Assembly: GCA_013239625.1 (NCBI GenBank)
Contig: MU053376.1
Coordinates: 1,388,833-1,452,832, forward strand
Reading direction: 5' to 3'
DNA: 64,000 nt
Source of the DNA: Lama guanicoe
Taxonomy: Eukaryota
A model generated the notes under the pieces. It had not been told where the DNA came from. It did not search any database and was given only the letters and a program-made list of their open reading frames with translations. Below are positions 1 to 12,441 of this stretch, in pieces. Both the position numbers and the translations under genes were made by a program. How positions within the stretch are numbered: the stretch's first letter is position 1; the number at the start of each line of letters is the position of its first letter.

Positions 1-231
1 GAGGAATGGACGATTTCAGAATAAGGAAGGAATTATAGTGACAGTAGGACCTGAGAATTCCCAAAGCCAAGTTAAGGGCTCAAGGCTAAGAAATCGTAGG
101 AATTCAAAACAGTCCTCTTAGGCAGTCGCATCGTTTTTCCAGAGGCTTCCCAGAAACAACCTGGATTGTGCCAGCAGTCGTCTGTCTCCTTAGCTGGCTT
201 TTGCTAAGCCAAATCCTTCTCTTTTGGTCAG

Positions 232-302
232 GCTGTGCGACCACGGTGCTGGTGACCGGGGCAGGCATCGGCGAGATGGTCCTCCAGATGCTGGTTGGTT
301 CG
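232..302 (+). CDS. MFSD4A: MFSD4A internal coding exon (third from last); gene is 5'-truncated by the window
   Basis: Acceptor ttttggtcag|GC at 231/232 and donor TCG|gtacgt at 302/303. Encodes (G)CATTVLVTGAGIGEMVLQMLVGS, a hydrophobic MFS helix recognised as MFSD4A. Synteny with ELK4 agrees. Confidence 0.9.
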
Positions 303-1533
303 GTACGTGGGGCAGCGCGGGGTGGGGGAGTCTTCGGGGTGTGCTCCTCCAGGCAGGTGAGACGACGTGGCCGGCCCCCTTCTGAACCCACGCTCCCCCT
401 TCCCTGAGCCTCCCACACAGCAAGCGGGGCTCCACTCTCTCTCCTGTTTCCGTCTCCGAGTCAGCCTTGAAAGCTGAGCCTCCAAATGTGGGACCTGGAG
501 ATGCGAAGGATACGTGGTACCGTCCAAAGCAAACACAAGCCCTGTCTGGGAGCAGGGCCAGAGGCCCCGCGGGAACGTTTAGCTCTCAGAGCCCGGGCTG
601 GGTTTGGGCTGCAGGCAGAGTTCCTTTCCAGCCCTCTCCACCTACCGCTCCCTGCCCCACCTCTCCTCGCCTTTGGCCGCCCTACAAAGGGCCCGGCTTT
701 CCTGCCCACCTCCGGCCCTGATCAAGGGCCGACTTGCCCAGTTCTCTTCAAACATACCCCCATTTCATCTGTTCACCAGGAAGGGAAAAATACATCTGCT
801 TTTGACAGAAGACTAGAATGTAAACACCGCTGTTCTCCTTTTTACAAAGGACGATGTTGCATCTCAGAGAAATTAAGCGACTTGCCTTGGGTCACACTTC
901 CGATAACCATCGGAATGATGACATTCCATCCTAGGTTTTTTCAAGTCTCCAAGATCCCTCTAACCACTCCTTGATTCTCCTCCCCTTTTCTTTCGCTCTG
1001 CTGGACAAGGGGGAAGAGCTACACCTTATGATGCCCTCTGCGCTGAGATGACGTGATGTCTGGGGCTTGCCTCGGTGCAACCCAGTGCAGGGGGGAGGTG
1101 GAGGGGGCAGAGGAAACCGGTGTTCGTTTCTGAAGTTGGTGATGGGTCCGTGGGAATTCCACGTGCTACTTTGGCACGTGTTTTCAACCTTCCATGACAG
1201 TTCTGGTCAGGCCTTGAGGGTATAGAATCTCCTAATATGATAGGAGTTTTAAGGAAGACATGGAGATTTTTAGAAGGTGCCAGGGCACAGAGCTAAAGGG
1301 ACCACAGGGGTCACTGGGTCCAACCCCTCCCCTTTACTGCAGGATTTCTGCCACCTTCAGAAACGTAACTTGAAACGAGGCCAAGATGTCCATCCTACCT
1401 GTGTTTCTATCAATTGGTGTGACGGGCCTCAACTCGACTGAAAAACCTACTGAGGCCTGAGAAGGCTGCTGCCTCCCATACATCTTCGTGGGCGGTTTTG
1501 CTGATCTGTATCTCTGTGTTCCCCCCTTGGCAG

Positions 1534-1654
1534 GTTTTCCAGGCTCGGGGCAGCTATAGTTTCCTGGTCTGCGGCGTGATCTTTGGGTGCCTGGCTTTCA
1601 CCTTCTATATCTTGCTCCTGTTTTTCCACAGGATGCACTCTGGACTCTCATCAG
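1534..1654 (+). CDS. MFSD4A: MFSD4A penultimate coding exon (last TM helix)
   Basis: cccttggcag|GTT acceptor and TCAG|gtaagg donor; 121 bp, phase 0 to 1. Encodes VFQARGSYSFLVCGVIFGCLAFTFYILLLFFHRMHSGLSS. Confidence 0.92.
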
Positions 1655-2792
1655 GTAAGGAAAGAATCTGTTTCTACACAAGAGGAGGAAAACAGAGCAG
1701 GGGGGGGCATGTGGGAGATGCTGTGGATCTTAGCACACCCCCAGCGATGTTCTGTTCCAAGTAAAATGCAAGGAAATGTTTATTTTTCTACAGCTTCCTT
1801 TTCCCCTCTTCCTGCTTTGTCCTACAATTGTCTGAGCTCCACTCTCAGGGCAGGAGGGAACAGGACAGGCTGACTCATGGTTTCTCCATTCAGAGAGGGG
1901 CATGGACTGTGAACTGGCTTCCTACATCCCACCCTGCCATGGGACCGGGGGCCAAGAATGCCTTTCCAGCCTGTACAGAGACCTGAAAGGCAGAGCCTGC
2001 CTCCTTAGCTGGAACTTGGCCCAGCAGCCTAACTGGCCATCTCTTTGCAGTTGGGGATTTGACTCGAGTCCAAATCTCTTTTTCAAAAAGAAATCCTTCA
2101 GGCCAAGTAGCAAAGAAAAGCAGCTCCTTCCTGGAAGGGACATCTCCTAATAACAGTCCCACTCCTGGAGACCCGAGGCAGGGGGCGTCCCAGGGCTGTT
2201 CTCGTGACCCTGAGCCCTGATCTGCCTTTCTGCCCAGAGCCCTCAGAGCCCCAGCAACTGCACCAGCTGTTCACGTAGCTCTTAAGAACAGGTGCCCAGG
2301 CAGAACCCTCATCCTCTTCACAGAAGGCAAAATACTGGTCACAGAAAGGCTGAAGGAACAGGCATCCACAGCCCTCTCTCGCAGTAGGGACACATGCTCC
2401 CTTTAAGCATCAATGTGGGGATCCCCCAGTCAGCACCCGCTCCAGCCTCGCGTCCAAGGCGGCAGGTCCAGGTGTTGTCCAGCCCCGCACTTGGCAGTTA
2501 GGCCATCCGTCCAGAGAGATATGCTGAACATCCAGTGAATAATAATGAGTTCCCTGTTCACAGGGGACAAAAAGAAATAGATGTTCCCCAAGCCCCGGAC
2601 ACTAGTCTCAACAGACTGTCTCCCCCAGCAGTTTGCCAGATTTCGCAGGTCTGACCTTTCCCCCAACGTGAGCCACCAAATGGCAGAGAAGCAAAAAGCC
2701 TGGGTAAGCGCTCAGAACAAGTGAGGGCCATGACTAACCTGAGCTGCTGAAACACCTGTGTGGTTTTTTGTTTGTTTGTTTTTCTGTTGCAG

Positions 2793-2848
2793 GTCCAACC
2801 CAGGACAAAGCACTTGGGATGGAGAGTCTTGAGTGCTACCAGAGGTAA
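2793..2848 (+). CDS. MFSD4A: MFSD4A terminal coding exon
   Basis: T-rich acceptor tttctgttgcag|GT, phase matches the upstream exon. Encodes (G)PTQDKALGMESLECYQR with TAA at 2846-2848. Confidence 0.9.
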
Positions 2849-3415
2849 AACTGGGTGAGTGAGACAGGCGAAGACGTCTGGCCAAAGGGCCGGGGAGCGC
2901 TGGGGCGGCAATGGAGGCAACCTCTCGACGCCTCGGTTCCAACCTTCACTAATTCTTGGTTGGGTGGAAGAAATTAAATTGAATTCTGGTAACTGAGTTC
3001 ACCCTGGGCAGATCATTGGAAGTTTACCTGGGTATCCAGGTCACCTTCCTCTTCCCTGGCTCAGACTTCGGGTGAGAGCGGGCCAGGAGACCCCGTGGGA
3101 AGGATGAAGACAGTTGCTTCACTCCATCAGCCGCCTCCTCCGTGGACCACAGCCTGGGTTTGAAGATCACTCTTAGTTGGAAGTTTGAACAAACAAGTTG
3201 AAATTAGAAACAATGATGATCATTGCTTTATGTAGATAGAGTTTTTTAAAAATCAATCAAAACAAACCCCAGGTGATTCCCTGGCATGCTCAAAGGATTT
3301 ACTTGCTTTTACTTATTAATACTCCGAAGCCCCTCCAACCCCTGCTGCTGCTGTCAGTAGTTCATCTATAACCTAAAGCAGCAAAAGGAAAAGTTGACTC
3401 TTTGGGACACTAACT

Positions 3416-3815
3416 CAGTGGTATGCTGGGCTCGTGCATGCCAGCTTATAGAAGTCAGTTGAGTTTTCATTTTGAGAGCTGGTTGTTAAAATGCAGCCAT
3501 TATTTAAAATTAAATTATATAAACTTACTACCTTTGCTTTTAATGTAATTTAACTATAACTACTCAAAGCTCATCACTTCCTAATTTTTTTCTACCTGTG
3601 TTATTGAGGTTATTTATTGTACCCGCAGGGTAGAAATACTACATAAAGATGTGCTTCCGTGTATTTCTAACTCCACCTTCAGTGATAACACGTGAGTGGC
3701 TTGAGATCAGCCATGGTGGGACTGTTTATAGCTTTTGCCAATTTCTGTGGTGTAAAGCATGGCTTTATTTTCCCCCTCGAGAGCCATTTGATCAACATTT
3801 ACCAGCATACCACTA
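3416..3815. mobile_element. MER63-like hAT DNA transposon fossil (MITE) in the MFSD4A 3'UTR
   Basis: Perfect 13-bp terminal inverted repeats agtggtatgctgg (3417-3429) and ccagcataccact (3802-3814). The AT-rich interior resembles MER63. Confidence 0.75.
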
Positions 3816-4404
3816 ATAATCAATGCTGACTGGTCCAGAAGTTGCCTGGGAGAATGCGGTAGATGGCTCTGCTTTTCTCATTGACATTGAATAGCTTACA
3901 AAAGGTATAGAAACAGCATGAATTTCTCAAAAATATCTAACTTAAACTTTACATCTCCTCTAGGGGGAGGAAAAAATTCTTTCCATCGTGTCAACGTTTT
4001 TTTCTTTAACAAAAAGCTGGGCCGCTGCACAGTTCAAGCCGTGTGGTATACTGAAGGGGGTGTCTGTGCAGGAGCACTCGCTCCTGTCCTGATGAAACCC
4101 TGTAGTCATACAGAGAGAGGATGCAAACTGGGCTCGGAGGGCTAAGAGTGCTGGGACTTCTGCAAGTAGCGCAATGGCTCATTACAGTCGCTGTTAGTGT
4201 ATTAGTTTACCTGAACTCTGCGTAAATACAAATGTCCATGTATAAATATGCAAAGTAAGTGGGTCGTGGTTCTCAGGAACCTGGCCAAGTGATGTGGTTC
4301 ACATGCCCCACACTGAAAGCGTTATCCTGGAACCGTAGGCTTTGTATGTAAGCCAGCTCCGTCTGCCATCAGCGTGGGGCAGCGAGGAGGGTCTGGCTAC
4401 TGAG

Positions 4405-4616
4405 AGAGACCTGGTTCAGGCACTGGCCTCCCCTTTTAGCTGCGTGGCCCTGGGCAGATCACGGAACCTCTTCCAGCCTTGCTTTCCTTTATCTGTGAAG
4501 TGACATTTCTAAAAGAATCTTACCCTACCTCAAAGGTATTCTGAAAAAATTAAGTGAATTTGTGTAAAGCAGTTCTTATATGCCTGACATAGAAATTTGC
4601 TTAGTAACTGTTAGCA
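4405..4616 (+). mobile_element. MIR SINE
   Basis: Core-like tagctgcgtggccctgggcagatcac...tttcctttatctgtgaa and 3' tgcctgacatag...tgttagc. Confidence 0.7.
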
Positions 4617-5397
4617 ATTTTTATTTTTAAAACCTCCTCACTAGCAGCTGAGAAATCGTTCATGTTTGGTACGTATTTATTGTAAATCAGACAGATCCAA
4701 ATTCTTTTGAAAGCTGGTGGTCTAGGGGTATACTTTTAACTGTGTCTGTAAATACTTAAAAGTATTAGATCGCAGCCAAACTTAAATGTGCACTCTAACC
4801 ATAGTGAGTGACTGATCTGGGGAAAAAGCAAGCAGCTATATTTTTCTGGTGATTTTTCAAGACAACATCCTTTTTATACAGATTTAGCACGAAGAATCCA
4901 TGGCTGTATCTAAGGTGATCATGATTTATTTGTGAATATGGAAAATAAGATTGAAACAAATCTAAGAGTACCTTTCCTAAAATAAAATATTTTAAATTTA
5001 GTAAATGTGTTGTCCATTATGAAGGACAGTTTTCCTTTTACATAAGAAACAAATGACCAAATGTTCCCCCAAAGCAGGTGTCCCTCATATTGTAGGTTCA
5101 CATGACATATTTTAGAAGAAACAAAACTCTCAGAGACAGGACTGCGAGCCACTATTTCCTCTTATGTATAATCAGAGTAAGGGAAAGCAGCTAGGTTTTT
5201 ATGCCACACTTCAAAATCAGTTACAGAGCAAATAGGGCTTTCTTCCTGATCTCCTCTTTTGAAGGGTTGCGACATTTCAGAGTCCTGTGGAATTGCCCTG
5301 TTCCCAGATTTCCCTCTGCTACTTGGATGTGGCAATTTAACCCGTCAGTACACCAGATTCATGAAGGAAGACACAGTGACGTAGAGGTCTTTTAGAG

Positions 5398-6690
5398 AAT
5401 TCATTTATTCATTTAAAAGATTTCTCTATTACCTGCTCAGTTTAAGGCACTGATCTAGGTGCAGATACAGCAGAGATGAGACAGAAGTGCCTGCCTCACA
5501 AAGTTAACAGAGATAACTGTTACACAGGGTGAGTGATGATTGGGTGCCACAAAGAAAAATACAGCAAGGAAGGGGGACGTGAAGAGGAAATGTCAAGAGA
5601 TGCTCCAGGAGGTCTTTCTAAAGAGGTACCATTTGTGCAGAAACCTAAGAGAGGCAGGAGCAAGCATCCGAGGACCTGGGGAAGATCCTATCGAGCAGGA
5701 GGGGACCCAACCAGCGCAAAGGCCCTAGACTGAACATGCTTGTAGCCTCTGGGGAACAGCGAGCTAGCAGGCCAGGGCGGCTAAGTGCAGGAAGGAAGGC
5801 GGAGAGTGGCAGGAAATAGACTGGAGCGGTAGTTGGGGACCAGCTCATTAAGCCATGGTAGAAATGTGGATTTTTAATTTTTTTTAAGTTATGTGAGGTT
5901 ATTGAGGGCATTGGGGGCATGCAAGGGACATGATTTGACTTACATGTTTGAAAGTAATACTCTGGTTGTTGTTTGAAGAATAGACTGTGGGGCAAGGATG
6001 AAACCAGGGACACCTGAAAGGGTACAATTGCAATAAACCATTAAGGGATGATGGTGGCTTGGACAATGCTGGTAGCACCAGAAGTAGTGATCAGATTAAA
6101 GTGTATTTTGAAAGTCAAACTGACAGCATTTGCTGACAGATTAGGTGTGGGGTGTGAGGGAAAAACAGGAATCAAGAACAAACCCAGGCATCTGAGTTGT
6201 GTAGTGGGTACGTGAAAAGGCCACTGGAAGGTGACGGGGGCGCTCGAGTTTTTTCCGGACACATTCACTTTGCGATGCTACCTTGGATGTCAAGGCAGCT
6301 GACAGATATAAAATCCAAAGCTTCAAAGAAAAGTCAAGCCTGGAGATGGAAATGGCTGTGGTCACTTAATGTATAAAGAGTGTTTAATGCCAAGGAATTG
6401 AATGAGATCGTCTAGGGGGTGAGTGTGGAGAGAGATGGGAGATGCAGCCCTGGGATCCTGCAACACCCAGAGGTCGGAGAAAAAGAACAGGCTCCAGCAG
6501 AGCCAATAAGAGAAGCAACCAGAGAAGCAGGAGGAAGTTCAGGAGAGAATGTGGTTTCCTGGAAGGCATGTGAGGAGTATCTTAAGTAGGAGGAAGTAAT
6601 CAGTGCTGCCACAAGGTCCCCCGTGGACTGAACCTCAGCCGTTGGATTTGGCAGGATGGAAGGGGACCTTGACTAGAGAGTGTTTGAATG
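5398..6690 (-). mobile_element. L2 LINE fragment between the MFSD4A and ELK4 3' ends
   Basis: Begins with the reverse L2 tail attcatttattcattt...ggcactg...gatacagcag, followed by the purine-rich L2 antisense body (ggaatcaag, gatggtggcttggac). Confidence 0.8.
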
Positions 6691-7935
6691 GTGGTGCATT
6701 CAAAACACATGCGAGTCATAAAATCACCTCCGATGTCCCAGCAACCTCCTTGACACCAGTGCTTGCCACCTAACTTGCACAGAGGTTAGAAACTATCGTT
6801 TCATTTTTCATTATATAATGTCCTCGTATTTTAGAATGTTCCAAATGAAGTCACCTTCATGGACTCCTTTCAGTTCCAGGGTTTATTCCAGTAAGCACAG
6901 TGCTCTGTAGTGACAATCAATGTGAAAGCTTACAACTGTTAATGATTATCTCCTACCTAATAATGCCAACCCTGGAAAATTACTCAATATTAGGGTTTAT
7001 CACTAGATGCATTTATGAAACACAGAAAGTAATTGCAAAATCGACATCATGCCTCTCAAAAGAGGATGTGTCAACAGTCAGAAAGGTTAGAAAATGGTGA
7101 ATTAAACAGGCTTTTTCACTAAGACTTCTTCAAGCTTTTAATAGGTCTAATATGCATCTTGACTCTCAAGGGGTGAAGACCCAGTTTCCCAAATTTACTT
7201 GCCCTTGTGGGACTACTGTTCCAGACAGTGCGTTTTGAGAACCTGGGTCTAGAACCCAGCAGTCCTCACAAGTGTACCACCCACTGCCCACCATCTGAAG
7301 GACATCTAACCAGGGCTGTGAACTCTTGTCCCCACAGACAATTTGTTACTCACCTTCTTCTCACCTGGAGTATGAAACAGACCTCTGATGTGATTTTGCT
7401 ACCTCTTAACCCCACTTGCCCCCACGTATATATTATCAACCCAGTTCTAAACGGGCCTAATTTCATTTGCTAAATGAACTGCAGTCTCCAGTTTCTAATC
7501 TCCACAACTACACGAAGGAACAGTGCCTAAAGCAGAAATAAGCAAAGCCTGCTTCGTACAAAGGGCTAAAACAAAAGAATCTGATTAAAATTTTAAATAC
7601 TTTTTAAAAAGGTAAACACATTTTAAAAACTAAAATAAAAAAGATTTCACATGGCAAATAACTTTTCTAGCAAGTCAGTAATCTTTTAATTCCTTTTTAT
7701 ATTAACAATCATTTTTACATGTCCCCTTTTCACTACCTATCTCAACACAGGCTTTAAATATTTTAATGTAGATACACAACAGATAGCTGAAGGCCAGGTT
7801 TTAATGATAACCCTTGGGAAAGCTGAATTTTCCTTACCCACATTTAGCATAGATGAAAATAAAATACACAGAAACTACTTCAATCAATGTGCGAGAAGGA
7901 AATAATCAATTCAGAAAGTCATTTTGTTAAAAATA

Positions 7936-7941
7936 TTTATT
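7936..7941 (-). terminator. ELK4: Candidate distal ELK4 polyadenylation signal AATAAA
   Basis: tttatt on the + strand, with U-rich sequence downstream on the - strand. Confidence 0.6.
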
Positions 7942-10900
7942 TAAAAAAATACAATTGTTGTCCATATCTAGTTGCACATACATCTATTAACACATCGATA
8001 TAATCTTGGACTTTAGTAAATTTGATACAGTGCTTTCTTAAAGCCAGCTTGCCATTATACAAAGCAGATTCCTCTGTCAGTTCTTACATAAAATAATTTT
8101 TTAAATGTATCATCTTTCTAAAAGGATGCGTATCATCATTACAGAATTGAACAATAATTTTTGCATAAAACTTGAAGCAAGAGAAAAAAAAAGATCACCT
8201 GATTGGCTATTCAGAGCAACCCCTTCCTGTGTCTGGAGATGCACTGAGTATCAACTACACTTTTTCCTCTTAAAAGCAGCATATTATAAAGCCCTCAAAG
8301 TGCTAGCGCATGCTCTTGCTCACCACCCCAAGCTCTGTAAAGCTTCTTTGCCGGGCACAAGGAGAGTTCAAGTCTCTGGCTCCAGCCATCCTAACCTCCC
8401 TAAAACAACATCCCTTCATTTCCCAACAGGTGAAGTCAGACTGCTTAGCTAGAAGATGTGGCAGTTTCTCTCCAGTTGCATCAATTAACATGGTATTAAT
8501 GTTAGCAGTTACCATCATTTGAGTTGCTTTTTAGGGAAAAAAAAATGATTTTAATACTCTGAAGGTCTCCCTAATGTAAATTATGTTGAAATTAATCAAG
8601 ACAAGTTATCAATGACACTTTTGGGTAAGTGTGCAATGGCATCATATGTATTCTATTTATACCAAAGTAGTGGGTATTAGATATTATGAGATAGATTTCA
8701 AAGTAAAATTAAAAAAAAGATAAACAAGGGGGAAAATAAACAATGAAGTAACTGTCTCCTCAGCTGAATGGACAGAGGTTTGAGGAAAGCACCCCGACGA
8801 GTTCTTACTACCACAGAGCCCAAACTGCAGACACGGTCGTAGAAGAACGCATCTCTTTGTCGACGTCACAGCAGACAGATGCCTTCCTCCTGACTCACAG
8901 ACTGCTTCGGTGAAAATCAAAAGTTTAACACTATTTAATTTTCAAGTGATATCCACCACTTGAAGATCCAGTAGGGCTCATAGAAAATTATTAGTTTGTT
9001 CTGCAAAACACAACATTATACACTTTAAAAAAAAAAAGCCAACTTGATTATCTGGTGAAAAGGGCATAATTCTAAAAAGAAAAACCAATTTTAGTCAAAA
9101 ATTGTATTTGCCTCAAACCAAAGCCAACCAGCAGCAAAATGACTAGACTGAGTTTCATATTTAATCTTCCCTGCCCACAAAGATCAATGAAACTGCTAGA
9201 AGGTAAAAGTGAAGAAACACTTATGATTGTGATGGGAAAAGATCGAACGGCCAACCCAAATAAACAGGCCTGAGTAATCAAACATTAATTGTATTCTTTT
9301 CTATCTTTATATATATGCACCTCAGTTAATTTCACTAATACAGAACGGGGAACTTCAGACAATATGCTACTTTATCACATAAACAATGAATGTAATGTAC
9401 ATATAAAGCCCACTGGTAATACTGCCATCAAAAATTAAAAGTATGAAATGTCTTAGAAGGGACTGTGTCCCCTACATGACAGACAATAATTAGCAACAAT
9501 GATTAAATAGGAAAGAAACTTAAAATTGGCGAGCTCACAAAGCTGAGTATGACCCACCAACTACAAATCATTAAAACTCATACATTTCTACGAAGCACAG
9601 TATTAAAAGCTTGTAAATTATTTTAAAACATCCTAGCCAAAAGAGCATACCTTACAGAGCCTAGAATGGCTCATTGGGTCATTTATCATTTATCCCTTCT
9701 CCAACATAAGTTCCAGAAAATATAAACAAGAAATAAACCTTACTTCCCTGACCCTCAATATCCTTAAGCTGAAATTTAACAAAATAATCATTAAGCGCTT
9801 CCAGTTATTAAAAATAAAACAGTGCTAATAATGGTGCCCCCAAAAGTGCCAAGTGATTTCATACCAGTATGCGGCATTCCCACCCCTAAACTCTAGGCAA
9901 CTTTGAGTGATTTCACTGGCTGAAACTTAAGCCACAGGGCACCTCCCCACCCTCATCCCGTCCAGAAGATCCCAGGCCTGTCCTTGCGTGGCTCATAATC
10001 CTTGGAGGGGTTCAGAACCAGAACGGGCCCTTATGAGATGGGAACCAAGGCAAAGTTGGAAGAACATTCAACCCAAGATACTCCGAGGTTTCTGCTAATG
10101 CTTACTATGTACAGTTCATGAGGACAGATTAGGCTACGATGCCAGAATTCCTCCCCCACCATATGAGTCATGGTCAGATCTGTATTTTAGAAACACGACT
10201 TCTAGTATACACCTCCTCTCTAAGAAACTTAGAACCCAATGTAACAAGGATTTTACACAAAAATAAATGTAGAAATTTAAAAAAAGAACACCCTTATTTG
10301 CTCAATAATACATGAACATAAGAGAACAGTTTAAGATGACTTTGCTTAGCGTATGTCACACATAGCACTGTACGGTATTTCTAAAATGTTGACAAGCAAT
10401 TAGTCTTTAAGGCTTATGATTCTATGTATTTTAAAAAAATTGAAATGTGCAAGGCATTAATTTTTAAAAAGTGGCAACTGCAAAGTGCAGCCAAATTTTT
10501 CCCTTAAGTTTTAGTATAAAATAGCCTAGGAACAATCCTAGACTAGGATGAATATATGATCCCTCTGAAAAATAGATTTTTTATACACACAAACGTATAT
10601 TCAGTCAATACATCAGTATATACACATACACAACACACACACACATATGCACTCAGCCAAAACATCAGAATGCCTTGGAAAGAAATGCTCTCGTTTCCTA
10701 ATTAAGTATTTTAAAATAAAAATGTCAACCTCATTAAACTTGCTGATGTGCATTATACTCAAAAGATTAGCGTTCAAGAGACTTACTGTGTTTGATTGTA
10801 TCCCTCACAAATTTTCTTGTTAGAGGTTTCATTTAAAATGATGCTAACAACAGCTTGCATTTCCTGGTTTCTGTAGAAAGCTCAGAGCCAACACTTTCCC

Positions 10901-12161
10901 TCTCACACAAACCACTCTCATTTCCATTTTCACAATGGCTACGTGTGGATGGCAGCGCCCTAGAAATTGCTATGTCCTGGCAGGCTGTCAATCTATCACA
11001 ATTTTTTCCCCCCAGAAAAGTAGCGTGAAGAAACTGGCAGCTTCAAATGGAACATTTATACTACAACAACAACTCACCTTTCAGATCTGCCCTGTTTATA
11101 GGTAAAAACATGACTTTTTATCCTAACGGGTTCCACCGAGTACAAGAAATGAAATCAAACCGCCTTCTTTTCTTGCTTAATACACCACCACCCACATGAA
11201 TTCTAGATTCTAAGATGAAAATTTCAACTTCAGTAAGCACGGTTCTGATGACACAGGGGACTAACAGGGCACCTTGTTTCAGGCAATGCCAGCAGCACTA
11301 AAAACAGTAACAAGACATTTATTTGTCGACCCCAAACCAAGACAATAATTAACAAAAAACATTTTCCATCAAACTAATCCTCTGGTCAGAGTACCTGCTC
11401 AAGACAATTACGGCTGACCTCCACTTCACTACCACGAACTGACCAATCAGCTTCTCCCATTCCATGTCTGTCCCGCCCGCGGGTCACAGAGTCCGTGCTG
11501 GTGAGGAGTGGAACTCTCCTGCTGGTGCAGCCCTTCCTTCAGAGCGCCAGGCTTCCACACAAAGACCTAGCACTTGCTGCCGTGTTTATTTACACACCTA
11601 GCAATGGCGCCTCAGCACAGCTCTAGATTTCTGGCAGGGGTACATAAAATGTAGACACCAAGTGAAGTGATTGATAGAACAGACCCATCAAGAAAGTATT
11701 TCTTCAGATGCCAAAAATGGTACCAATTTTTAAAAAATCAAAAACACTAATGCAGCAAGAAAATGGAGGTTGTTAGGCAATTTAAGCATAAAGCAACTTG
11801 AAGTGATTCTGAAACTGTTGGTAAAATAAAACATGAAAAAGGCCCAAAGAAGTTTGTGAGCACTTAGCAAAATAAAAGTAAATTATAAAGTGATACCTCA
11901 GATGAAAAGGAAAGAGACACAGGCTGTCAAAAGTGATACGTGTGAAGCTCTGGAAAGCACCTGGTAATGGGCTGTTTGGCAACTTATGAAAAAGAATTAA
12001 TATGAAGTTTGGTAGAGAGGATGACAAGCTTTCCTGAAAAATTCCTAGTATCTTCTAGAGATTTTACATAAAAATCAGATCAAATACATAAAGGGTTTTC
12101 CCATGTATCACAATAAGGCATCCACATTTTTTCCCCCAAGATTAGACTGAGAAACAGTACT

Positions 12162-12441
12162 CAGGGGTCCTTAAAGTCGAGTACATGCTACGGGGGGGGG
12201 GGTGTGTGTGTGCAGAAGACAGTCCACTGGGTGCAGGAAGAAAATACTAGAATTTCCACTCAAGATTTATTTTTATGCCATCCTTAACTTCTGTTTTTGT
12301 GTATTTGTGTCTTGTAACATACATACTACTTCAGTCCAGCAGTATATAACTTGATGTATATGCATATGAATTTGCAATGGGGAATCTGTGTTCAAAACCT
12401 GTTACTGATTAAGGTGTGTGTTCCAAAAGGTTAGAGACTGC
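12162..12441. mobile_element. Probable ancient hAT-type DNA transposon remnant in the ELK4 3'UTR
   Basis: Starts caggggtccttaaa and ends ggttagagactgct, resembling degenerate hAT termini. Family not determined. Confidence 0.35.

Larger units (their letters stand above)
2849..5005 (+). other. MFSD4A: MFSD4A 3'UTR with candidate poly(A) signal AATAAA at 4981-4986
   Basis: Follows the stop codon. AATAAA is followed by U/GU-rich sequence (tgtgttgt near 5006). The end position is inferred. Confidence 0.55.
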
